A stretch of 64,000 nucleotides of DNA from Nitrospinales bacterium. Its GTDB lineage: Bacteria; Nitrospinota; Nitrospinia; Nitrospinales; VA-1. The first letter of the stretch is position 1, and every line of letters begins with the position of its first letter. Location of the stretch: positions 2,656,001-2,720,000 of the forward strand of contig CBDCXL010000002.1 in assembly GCA_965223795.1 (NCBI GenBank). The letters are read 5' to 3'. The notes below the pieces were generated by a model. The model saw nothing but the letters and a program-made list of their open reading frames with translations, had not been told where the DNA came from and made no database searches. Position numbers and translations under genes: made by a program. Below, piece by piece: positions 10,141-18,393 of this stretch.

Positions 10141-10443
10141 ATGTCTCCCAAAAACATAAAAAAACTCCATCGAAAGAGGAAGCACGGAAGATTTTTTACA
10201 ACGCTTTTTCCGATGGGAAGGTCCGATATAGCAAGCATTCTCGCGACCGAATGGCAGAAAGAGGAATCGATGCCAATGACTTGATTGAAATTTCAAAGGC
10301 AGGACTTGTTTATAATGAGCCGGAAATTGATATTAAAACAGGGAGAGATGAAATATTTAATTGAATGCCAAAAAATGAAACTTAAAGTAGCTTTTATTAT
10401 TCAAGATGAAAAAACGATTCGTTTGGTCACCGTAATAGATTGA
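10141..10443 (+). pseudogene. Frameshifted DUF4258-like toxin gene
   Basis: Three frame pieces: MSPK / HKKTPSKEEARKIFYNAFSDGKVRYSKHSRDRMAERGIDANDL..EPEIDIKTG / MKYLIE..LKVAFIIQDEKTIRLVTVID*. Lies directly upstream of an antitoxin; AT-rich. Confidence 0.7.
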
Positions 10444-10460
10444 ATTTTTGAGGTCGGGTC

Positions 10461-10967
10461 ATGAAATGTTTGGAATGCGGTCCGGGAAAACTAAAAAAAA
10501 ATAAAGGGAATTACTTATATAAAGAGTCTGGCCTAAGTAACATTGTGTTGGTCAATATTCCTATGTATCGATGTGATGCATGTAAGGAAACAGAAGTAGA
10601 AATTCCCGCTACTGAAGAATTGCACAATATGCTTTCGTTCATGTTGTTGCTCAAGCCTACCCAATTGAATGGAGAAGAAGCACGGTTTTTGAGAAAGAAC
10701 ATGGGGTATACAGAAAAAGATTTAGCAAAAAAGCTGGGAGTTACACGGGTAACTCTCTCTAGATGGGAAAATGCAAAAGGCGCTTTAAAGACAGATAGAG
10801 ATAAACATTTGAGGTTATTTTTCTTAAGCAAAAAAGGAAATGATCTTCAAAAAACTCCCGGAGTCGTTCAGCTAATTAAATCTTTGGTAAGCTATTTGCC
10901 TTTTCAGGATGAAAAAGATCAACTTAAACTGTATCCAGAAGATTGGATGAGCTTGTCTCCTGTATGA
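10461..10967 (+). CDS. MqsA/YgiT-type zinc-finger + XRE HTH antitoxin
   Basis: MKCLECG...CDAC zinc finger; EARFLRKNMGYTEKDLAKKLGVTRVTLSRWEN HTH; AT-rich. Confidence 0.85.
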   Translation: MKCLECGPGKLKKNKGNYLYKESGLSNIVLVNIPMYRCDACKETEVEIPATEELHNMLSFMLLLKPTQLNGEEARFLRKNMGYTEKDLAKKLGVTRVTLSRWENAKGALKTDRDKHLRLFFLSKKGNDLQKTPGVVQLIKSLVSYLPFQDEKDQLKLYPEDWMSLSPV

Positions 10968-10979
10968 GTTGAGAGGAGT

Positions 10980-11507
10980 TTACTCATACGTTCCTCTTAT
11001 CGGATAGTTGGTTTCCTGGATCCACTCGACGGTTTCGACGAGTTCGTTGAGGTCGGCGCGGTGGAACGGGGTGTTGGAGATGTCGATGAGCTGGACTTTG
11101 CCTTCGGCGTTCACGGCGAACGTTCCCGGCTCGGCAAACGGGCGGTCGGTTTCTTCCGGCGAGCGCGGATTTGAGATGTAGAGCCCCAGCTCCTGCATCT
11201 GCTCGATGCTGAGACCGTAGGCCACGGGAAAGGTCAGCTCGTTGTCCTCGACCATTTTTTTGGCCTTCGCTTCCGGGTCGCCGGACACGGCGAGGATCTC
11301 CGCGCTGGTTGCGTGGAATTTTTCCTTCAGGGTTTCCAGTTTGGTGAGGTACTGGTTGCACACCGGGCAGTGCTGGCCGCGGTACACGAACACCAGCTGC
11401 CAGTTGCCTTGTTTTTGCGGCTTGCCCAGCGTCGCTTCCCCGCCTCCCACCAGCGGAAAGGTGAACCCCGGCAGCCGGCTGCCTGAGGAAAGTTTGGTCG
11501 TGGCCAT
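10980..11507 (-). CDS. AhpC/TSA peroxiredoxin-like redoxin
   Basis: [10 protein letters not shown] and PFAEPGTF motifs. Confidence 0.88.
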   Translation of the reverse strand: MATTKLSSGSRLPGFTFPLVGGGEATLGKPQKQGNWQLVFVYRGQHCPVCNQYLTKLETLKEKFHATSAEILAVSGDPEAKAKKMVEDNELTFPVAYGLSIEQMQELGLYISNPRSPEETDRPFAEPGTFAVNAEGKVQLIDISNTPFHRADLNELVETVEWIQETNYPIRGTYE

Positions 11508-11544
11508 GCCGTTTCTCCTATAAGAGGAAAGTTTTTTTATTTCT

Positions 11545-11959
11545 CCTCACCCCAGCCCCGTCACCCTTCGACAGGCTCAGGATGACACAGGGGCTGTCCT
11601 CTCCCCCAAGGGGGCGAGGAATTTTTCTCTCACATTTTTCTCCGTTTTCTTTGTGTCCTTTGCGTCTTTGCGGTTCTCCAACTTTTTTAATTTGTAAACT
11701 CTTACATTGCTTTCATAACCGAAGCAAACTTACCTCCTCTCCCCACTCTGGGGGGAGAGGATTGCGTCGAGCATAGGTGACACCCGCTCATCAAATTACT
11801 GGAGGTGGCTTGGGTGCGTCCTCGCGGCTTTGCGCGAGGTTCGCTTTCAGGTTTTTTTTCCTGTCACCCTTCGATAAAGCCTACAAGCTCAGCATGACAG
11901 TTTTTCGGTTTGCTCTTGTTCATTCTGCCTGAATTTTTTTCTTTGACGTCTTGGCGTGA
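11545..11959. repeat. Cluster of REP-like palindromic elements (three motif types)
   Basis: Type A: gtcacccttcgacaggctcaggatgac at 11560-11586 and a variant at 11863-11898. Type B: cctctcccc..gggg(c/a)gagga hairpins near 11598 and 11736. Type C: ctttgcgtctttgcg-like motifs near 11650, 11820 and 11941. Confidence 0.7.
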
Positions 11960-11999
11960 CAGCCTCTGACCATTTTCCCAAACCGAAACGCCTTTTGCG

Positions 12000-13454
12000 T
12001 CACAACTCCGGGCTTTGGGTGTGGAACTCGGTGTTCTGCTGGAAGCGGTGGCCGACGGCGAGCAGGGTTTCTTCGTCGAAGTGGCGGCCCATGAGCTGAA
12101 AGCCGATGGGCAGTTTCTTATCTTTCGAAAAGCCGCAGGGCAGGGCGAGGCCGGGGATGCCGGCGAGGTTGGCGGAGAGGGTGTAGATGTCGGACAGGTA
12201 CATCTGCAAGGGATCGTCGAGCTTCTCGCCGAGTTTGAAGGCGGGCACCGGGCAGAGCGGCGCGGCGATCAGGTCGCACTGTTTGTAGGCTTCCTCGAAA
12301 TCGCGCTTGATGAGCGTGCGGACTTTCTGTCCTTTCAGGTAATACGCGTCGTAATAGCCGGAACTGAGCACGAAGGTGCCGAGCATGATGCGCCGCTTGA
12401 CCTCCTCGCCGAACCCTTCCTCGCGCGTGTTCTGATACATGTCCATGAGATTGGCCGACTGCTCGGAACGGTAGCCGTACTTCACGCCGTCGTAGCGGGA
12501 GAGATTCGTGCTGGCTTCGGCGCAGGCCAGGATGTAATAGGTGGCCACGGCGTACTCGGTGTGCGGCAGCGACACGTCCACGCGTTTCATTCCCAATGAT
12601 TCCAGCGTCTGGATGGCTTGCTCGACCGCCTGTGCCACGTCGGGAGCGAGCCCGCCCGCGAAATATTCTTTGGGCACGCCGACCTTGAGCCCGCTCACGT
12701 CCTTTTCGAGCGCCTGCATGAAATCGGGCAGCTGGATGTCGGCGGAGGTGGAATCCTTGGGATCGTGGCCCGCGATCACGTTCATCAGCAGCGCCGCGTC
12801 GGCGACGGTCTTGGTCATCGGGCCGATCTGATCGAGCGAGGAGGCGAAGGCGACGAGGCCGAACCGCGACACGCGGCCGTAAGTCGGCTTGAGGCCGGTG
12901 ATGCCGCAGAAGCCCGCGGGCTGGCGGATCGAGCCGCCGGTGTCGCTGCCCAGCGCGGCCAGGCATTCGTGCGCCGCCACCGCCGCGGCGGAGCCGCCGC
13001 TGGAGCCGCCGGGCACGTGCTCCGGGTTCCAGGGGTTGGCGGTTTTGTGGTGCCAGGCGTTTTCGTTGGAGGAGCCCATGGCGAACTCGTCCATGTTGGT
13101 CTTGCCGACGATCACCGCGCCCGCCGCTTTCAGCCGCGCCGCCACGGTGGCGTCGTAGGGGGCGGTGAAGTTGTCGAGGATCTTCGAGGCGCAGGTGGTG
13201 CGCGCCCCTTCCATGCAGATGAGGTCCTTGAGCGCGATGGGGATGCCGAGCAGCGGCGCGTCCTCGCCGGCGGCGATTTTGCGGTCCGCTTCCTTCGCCT
13301 GCTGCAGCGCGAGGTCGCGGGTCAGGTGGATGTAGGCCTGCACCGTGTCCTCCACCGCGTCGATGCGGTCGAACACGGCCTGGGTCAGCGCTTCCGAGCT
13401 GTAGCGGCGTTGCGTGAGATCGTCTTTCGCCTGAAGCAGGGTGGCCCGGTGCAT
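12000..13454 (-). CDS. gatA: Asp/Glu-tRNA amidotransferase subunit A
   Basis: [36 protein letters not shown] and EVKRRIMLG motifs. Confidence 0.97.
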   Translation of the reverse strand: MHRATLLQAKDDLTQRRYSSEALTQAVFDRIDAVEDTVQAYIHLTRDLALQQAKEADRKIAAGEDAPLLGIPIALKDLICMEGARTTCASKILDNFTAPYDATVAARLKAAGAVIVGKTNMDEFAMGSSNENAWHHKTANPWNPEHVPGGSSGGSAAAVAAHECLAALGSDTGGSIRQPAGFCGITGLKPTYGRVSRFGLVAFASSLDQIGPMTKTVADAALLMNVIAGHDPKDSTSADIQLPDFMQALEKDVSGLKVGVPKEYFAGGLAPDVAQAVEQAIQTLESLGMKRVDVSLPHTEYAVATYYILACAEASTNLSRYDGVKYGYRSEQSANLMDMYQNTREEGFGEEVKRRIMLGTFVLSSGYYDAYYLKGQKVRTLIKRDFEEAYKQCDLIAAPLCPVPAFKLGEKLDDPLQMYLSDIYTLSANLAGIPGLALPCGFSKDKKLPIGFQLMGRHFDEETLLAVGHRFQQNTEFHTQSPEL

Positions 13455-13455
13455 G

Positions 13456-13740
13456 TCAGATGATCTTGGGAACTTCGTAATGGCGTTTCTTCTGCGCCGG
13501 AGCGAGGTCGAGCAGGTCCTTGTCGGGAAAGGCGTTCGCGCCGGGTTCGTCGTCGCGCAACACGTTCCGGATGGGAATCACGTGCGAGGTGGGTTCCACG
13601 CCTTCGGTGTCGAGCGTGTTGAGCTGGTCGATGTGCCCGATGATTTTTTCGAGGTGGCCGCCCAGGCGTTCTTTCTCCGCATCGGTGAGCTTGAGGCGGG
13701 CCAGGGCCGCGATGTGGTCGATGTCGAATTTTCCGGACAC
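13456..13740 (-). CDS. gatC: Asp/Glu-tRNA amidotransferase subunit C
   Basis: [21 protein letters not shown] and VPKII motifs; directly upstream of gatA. Confidence 0.95.
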   Translation of the reverse strand: MSGKFDIDHIAALARLKLTDAEKERLGGHLEKIIGHIDQLNTLDTEGVEPTSHVIPIRNVLRDDEPGANAFPDKDLLDLAPAQKKRHYEVPKII

Positions 13741-13836
13741 AGCGTTTCTCCGCAGCCGGGCTGTGCCCGGACGGGCATTGTCATCAAATTAGGGAAACCG
13801 TCACGCCGGGTCGGCGGCGTTCCGGGTCGGCGTGGA

Positions 13837-14058
13837 TCAGGAAGCCTCGGCCTTGCGTTCCTTCTTGGGCTTTTTTCTCAGCTCCGCGTCCTTTTCGTAT
13901 TTCACCAGTTTGCTGACCTTGCGGGTCAGCCGCTTGACTTTTTTCTTCAGCGCCCGCACTTCGGGGCTTTTCTTGGCGTCCTCGGCCTTTTTGAGTCCTT
14001 CATCCAGGGCCGATCTGGATTTTTTGACGTGGTCCTTCAGCTTTTCGATGGTTGCCAT
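13837..14058 (-). CDS. Small Lys-rich helical hypothetical protein
   Basis: MATIEKLK...RALKKKVKRLTRK; 73 aa with typical codon usage. Confidence 0.65.
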   Translation of the reverse strand: MATIEKLKDHVKKSRSALDEGLKKAEDAKKSPEVRALKKKVKRLTRKVSKLVKYEKDAELRKKPKKERKAEAS

Positions 14059-14217
14059 GCGCGCCTTTCCAAAAAAGGATTTGAATAAACTCCCCTCTAT
14101 ATCAGATTTACGGCCATACCTCAAGCCCCGCGCCTAGCCAAGCGGCAACAGGGCAGGGTGGGCCTTTGCCAGCGGGGTGCATGCCGCCGTGGTATCCGGC
14201 CAGGGCCAATGTCCCGC

Positions 14218-14802
14218 CTATCTGGGCGAAACCCAGACTTTGTCCTTCCAGTGGCCGCCGCCGTTGGGGTTGTACATCATGCCGGTGCCGGTGTTGGGGT
14301 TGCGGAAGCTCCAGGAGCCGTCGCCGTGGAATTCGGTGGCGCCGCCGCCGGGGGTGTTCTGGATGTTGGGATTGCCCGCGCCGCCGATGCGGCCCTGCGG
14401 CGGGCTGCCCACGCGCCCCCACAGGCCGGTGGCTTCATCCAGCCAGTAGCGGCCGCTCGCCACCTGCAATCCGGTGGTGGTCTCGATCTCGCGGATTTCC
14501 TCCGTGCTGAGCCGCTTGCCGTTGACGATCACTTCGCGCGTTTTCGGCGTCCGTCCCTCCGGCATCACCGGGTTGGTGATGCGTCCCCAGCGGCCGGAGG
14601 CGGGGTCGTACCAGTAGTCGCCGCTTTGCACCTGTGTGCCGCGCAGGCGGTCGAGGTGAACGATCTCCTCCTGGCTCATGCGCACGCCGTTGATGGTGAC
14701 GCTGCGGCTGTCCGCATGAGCGGCCGTTTGCGCTGTCAAGACGAAGACGCCCGCCAGCGCCCCGACGGTGAACGCCGTTTCCCACTTTGAATTGGTTTTC
14801 AT
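14218..14802 (-). CDS. Secreted protein with two (V/I)NG..SGxYWxD..GxWG repeats
   Basis: Signal peptide ending AHA, GGGAGAG RBS, internal duplication. Confidence 0.8.
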   Translation of the reverse strand: MKTNSKWETAFTVGALAGVFVLTAQTAAHADSRSVTINGVRMSQEEIVHLDRLRGTQVQSGDYWYDPASGRWGRITNPVMPEGRTPKTREVIVNGKRLSTEEIREIETTTGLQVASGRYWLDEATGLWGRVGSPPQGRIGGAGNPNIQNTPGGGATEFHGDGSWSFRNPNTGTGMMYNPNGGGHWKDKVWVSPR

Positions 14803-14941
14803 CGTCTCTCCCCTTTGAAGTCGCTTGCAAAATTGTACCGCGGACCTGGCGAATTCGCAGGCTTTTTTTCTTTGCCGCGAAGCCGGGAAAACTTCGTTAA
14901 CTGGTTGAAATAATTTGAGTTAAATAGTTTTTTCGGCGGCG

Positions 14942-15517
14942 TCAGGAAGCTGTGGGGACGGCGGATTGAATCAAAAGACGCGCCGCCTCTTTGGCCTGGG
15001 CGGCGCTGACGGGAGAGCGCTGGATTTTGGCGATGCTGACCGCGCCTTCCAGAAGCAGCACCAGTTGCCGGGCCAGTTGCACGGGGTTCTCCGCTCCGGC
15101 GGCGGCGGCGAGTTTCGTGATGTAGATGAGGAGGGACTGCTTGGATTCGCTGCAGGTCTGCCGGATGGCGGTGTTGGCGTCCGGGTATTCGCCCGCGGCC
15201 CCGACGAAGATGCAGCCGTGAAAGTCGTCCTGGCGGAACCAGTCCTCCGCGACGTCGAACAGGGCGAGCAATCGCTCCACCGCGTCGGGCGTTCTGGCTT
15301 CCACCGCGCGCATGAAGTGGTTTCGGAAGCGTTCGTCGTAATAGCGCAGGCAGGCGAGGATCAGCTCGTCCTTGGATCTGAAATGGTTGTAGAGCGTTTT
15401 CTTCGCCACGCCGGACCGTTCGATGATGGTGTCGATGCCGACGGCGTGAAAGCCGTGCTTGGCAAACAGCTTCAACGCCGTTTCGATCAACTGTTCGCGT
15501 TTGGATGGCGTGTGCAT
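14942..15517 (-). CDS. TetR/AcrR family transcriptional regulator
   Basis: HTH GFHAVGIDTIIERSGVAKKTLYNHFRSKDEL; C-terminal FHGCIF motif. Confidence 0.93.
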   Translation of the reverse strand: MHTPSKREQLIETALKLFAKHGFHAVGIDTIIERSGVAKKTLYNHFRSKDELILACLRYYDERFRNHFMRAVEARTPDAVERLLALFDVAEDWFRQDDFHGCIFVGAAGEYPDANTAIRQTCSESKQSLLIYITKLAAAAGAENPVQLARQLVLLLEGAVSIAKIQRSPVSAAQAKEAARLLIQSAVPTAS

Positions 15518-15686
15518 GCCGTTCCAGCCTCAAAAAATGTATACAATATTGTACCCTTTATTTTGTCTCCACTGCAAAAATTTTCTTACATAAAATCGCC
15601 TTATCCAACCCATATATTTAAATAAAAATATATAAAACATATATTTATATGATTTTTGGCGGATCTGTAAGGATTCGCGAAATTGG

Positions 15687-15702
15687 TAGACAGATCAGTG
15701 TA
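15687..15702. promoter_or_regulatory. Candidate TetR operator
   Basis: Imperfect palindrome TAGACAGATCAGTGTA (6/8) in the AT-rich divergent promoter region; resembles the TAGACC-N4-GGTCTA NemR-type box. Confidence 0.45.
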
Positions 15703-15765
15703 TATGTTTTGCGGAGCGTCTCGCGCTTCCATCATTAAAAAACCCAGAATAAAAGGAGTCCAAAA

Positions 15766-16239
15766 ATGAAACGCCTATTTCGCAGCAGAATCTATGTGTA
15801 CGCCGTGGCCACCTTCCTGGCCGTCGCGATGGCCCAGCAGGTCCACGCCCACAGCGGCCACAGCCAGTCCCCGGTGGCGATCGGCGGCTACGACCCGGTC
15901 GCTTATTTCGACGCCGGCCAGCCCACCCCCGGAACCGGCCACCACACGGCGACCCACAAAGGCGTCACCTACCTGTTTTCAAGCAAACAAAATCAGGAAC
16001 GCTTCAGCGCCCATCCGGAGAAATACGCACCGCAGTACGGCGGCTTCTGCGCCTACGGCGTTTCGGTCGGTAAAAAATTCTACTCCGATCCCAACCGCTG
16101 GAAGATCGTGGACGGCAAACTTTACCTGAACCTCGATAAAGACATTCAGAAAAAGTTCAACGCCGATGTGGCGGGCGCCATCGCCAAGGCCGACCGGAAC
16201 TGGAAACGCATTCAGGACAAGGCTCCCTCCGAGCTTTGA
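15766..16239 (+). CDS. Secreted YHS-domain protein
   Basis: AIGGYDPVAYF, PEKYAPQYGGFCAYGV and WKIVDGKLYLN motifs; signal peptide. Confidence 0.9.
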   Translation: MKRLFRSRIYVYAVATFLAVAMAQQVHAHSGHSQSPVAIGGYDPVAYFDAGQPTPGTGHHTATHKGVTYLFSSKQNQERFSAHPEKYAPQYGGFCAYGVSVGKKFYSDPNRWKIVDGKLYLNLDKDIQKKFNADVAGAIAKADRNWKRIQDKAPSEL

Positions 16240-16361
16240 GCGGCGGCAACGAAATCGTAAAGGCGTGACTGAAAGGGGGAGCCGTTGTGCCGGATTCATA
16301 CCGGAACCCGGCTCCCTCCCGGTCCCCTCAATCCAATAATTCACAACGGAAAGGATAAACA

Positions 16362-16790
16362 ATGAAAACGCTTGCAACCAAACTGGCCTGGATGTTTTCG
16401 GCGGCGTTTCTGGCCGCGACCGTCATCGGCTTCCTCCCCAATCCGCTGGTCGGCGAAGGCGCGCTGTTCGAAGCCAACACGGCGCACAACCTGGTGCACC
16501 TGGCGACGGCGATCGGCTTCGCGGTGGTGGCGGTGATGGGTCCGGCCGCTTCCCTGAACTTCATGCTCGGTTTCGGCGTGGTGTACCTGCTCGTCGGGGT
16601 GATCGGCTTCACGGTCACGGGTTTCAGCTCGGAAGGCATGCTGCTGGGATTCATCCACATCAACGCGCTGGACAATTTTCTGCATCTCGGACTGGGAGCC
16701 GCCATTCTCGCGGGCGGCCTGTTCGCCAAAGGCGCGGCGGCATCCGGCGGCGTGCCGGTCGAAGGCTCGCTCAATGTCCGCTCCCATTAA
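16362..16790 (+). CDS. DUF4383-like membrane protein, copy 1
   Basis: About four TM helices; NTAHNLVHL and DNFLHLGLG motifs. Confidence 0.8.
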   Translation: MKTLATKLAWMFSAAFLAATVIGFLPNPLVGEGALFEANTAHNLVHLATAIGFAVVAVMGPAASLNFMLGFGVVYLLVGVIGFTVTGFSSEGMLLGFIHINALDNFLHLGLGAAILAGGLFAKGAAASGGVPVEGSLNVRSH

Positions 16791-16815
16791 CCGCGTACAC
16801 TCTAAGGAGTTCATC

Positions 16816-17418
16816 ATGAAAGCAAAGGTCGTGACCCTCTTCCTGCTGGCCCTGGCGGCCGTCGCCACGATGGCGGGGACGACAGAAAATAAACCGTTTG
16901 CGCCCAATGTGGAGATGCAGACCGGCTCGATCCATGTTCCCAAAGACTACCGCCTGTGGGGGACGCTCGGAACCTGGTCGCACGCCAGAACGGAAGGCGA
17001 GCCCGGCGCGAAGGAGTACCACGTCGTCTATACGCAGCCCGAAACCATCGCCTACCACCAGAAGCACGGCCGCTACCCGGACGGCGCGGTGTTGGTCAAG
17101 GAGCTCATCAACACGAAGACCATGCCGATGACCACCGGCGAGGCGGTGAGCCACGCGACCACGGTCAAAGGCTGGTTCGTGCTGGTGCGCGACACGCAAG
17201 GGCGTTTCCCGCAGTCGAAACTGTGGGGCGACGGCTGGGGCTGGTCGCTGTTCAACGCGGACGATCCCGTAAAAACCGTGTCCACCGATTACCAGGCGGA
17301 CTGCATCGGCTGTCACCTGCCGGCGCGGCAGATGGCGCGCCCGGATGCGGTGGATGCGGACAAGTGGATCTACACCCTGGGCTACCCGGCGCTGCAGGAA
17401 TCCCGCCGCGACGGTTGA
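16816..17418 (+). CDS. Cytochrome P460 / cytochrome c'-beta family protein
   Basis: Signal peptide; PKDYRLW, EYHVVY, YPDGAVLVKE, GWGW and a C-terminal CIGCH heme motif; AAGGAG RBS. Confidence 0.88.
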   Translation: MKAKVVTLFLLALAAVATMAGTTENKPFAPNVEMQTGSIHVPKDYRLWGTLGTWSHARTEGEPGAKEYHVVYTQPETIAYHQKHGRYPDGAVLVKELINTKTMPMTTGEAVSHATTVKGWFVLVRDTQGRFPQSKLWGDGWGWSLFNADDPVKTVSTDYQADCIGCHLPARQMARPDAVDADKWIYTLGYPALQESRRDG

Positions 17419-17429
17419 ACGCAGGATGA

Positions 17430-17468
17430 CAGGGCGGGGCTTCAATTCAAACCGGAGCGCCCGCCCTG
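17430..17468 (+). terminator. Stem-loop after the P460-family gene
   Basis: cagggcggg/cccgccctg inverted repeat; no strong U tract. Confidence 0.4.
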
Positions 17469-17477
17469 GCAATCTCT

Positions 17478-17541
17478 AGGCAAGCTCAGGACAGGCTTTG
17501 TCGAAGAGCGCTTGATCATGCTTCGACAGGCTCAGCATGAC
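17478..17541. repeat. REP-like type A element
   Basis: tcatgcttcgacaggctcagcatga at 17516-17540, preceded by a partial inverted copy. Confidence 0.7.
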
Positions 17542-17586
17542 GATGAACAAAACTATATGTAAAAGGTCTCCGGAAAGGAAAATACG

Positions 17587-18018
17587 ATGAACACGCTCGG
17601 TATCAAATCGGCCTGGATGTTCTCGGCGGCGTTTTTCGCGGCCACGCTGTTCGGTTTCGTCCCCAATCCGCTGCTGGGCGGCGACGGGGTCTTCATCGCC
17701 AACACGGCTCACAACGGGGTGCATCTGATCACTGCGGCGGGTTTCCGGGCTGCGGCGCGCAAGGGCAACCTGGCCAGCATCAATTTTCTGCTCGGGCTGG
17801 GGATCGTGTATCTCACGATCGGCATCGCCGGGTTCTTTGAAACCGGATTCAGCTCGGAAGGCATGCTGCTGGGTTTCATCCACATCAACGACATGGGCAA
17901 CTACCTGCACCTCGGCCTCGGGATGGGCATCCTTTTGGTTGGATACGCCGCCAAAATCCTCGAGGATGTGTTCTGCGAAGACAATGCGGATGCATCGCTC
18001 AAAGCGGGCTGCCACTGA
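17587..18018 (+). CDS. DUF4383-like membrane protein, copy 2
   Basis: Close paralog of 16362-16790, sharing AWMFSAAF, PNPL and GFSSEGMLLGFIHIN. Confidence 0.75.
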   Translation: MNTLGIKSAWMFSAAFFAATLFGFVPNPLLGGDGVFIANTAHNGVHLITAAGFRAAARKGNLASINFLLGLGIVYLTIGIAGFFETGFSSEGMLLGFIHINDMGNYLHLGLGMGILLVGYAAKILEDVFCEDNADASLKAGCH

Positions 18019-18073
18019 AACGCGGAAAAAAATTGAAACTCTCAACAGGATCGTTATGGAAGCCCATTCAGCG

Positions 18074-18106
18074 GGAGAGTGTTCCGAATGTTCGGGAACA
18101 CTCTCC
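18074..18106 (+). terminator. Strong hairpin after the cluster
   Basis: Perfect 12-bp stem ggagagtgttcc/ggaacactctcc. Confidence 0.5.
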
Positions 18107-18393
18107 TGATCCGTTTTGCAGGGTTTCTTTGCCACGGTTCGCAGCGCCGTTTACCACTTTTCATAAAATTCCTTCCCCGACTCAACCCGTCCTCGTTCCC
18201 CCGATTCCGATAAACAATTTTTACTAAAGTTTCACGCCGGCTTTTTCGTTGAGCTTCACAAGGGCATAACGAAATTTCTGTCAATGATGAAGCGGGACTG
18301 AATCAAAACCCTTAGAAACTACTTTAAACCTTTTCCGGTTCGGGTTTTTCAGGCTCCCGCGTTGCGCTTTCACCCAAAACAAAGGATGAAATC

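Noticed and set aside
11545..11959. Possible CRISPR array
   Set aside because: Repeats are heterogeneous and irregularly spaced, and no cas genes are present.
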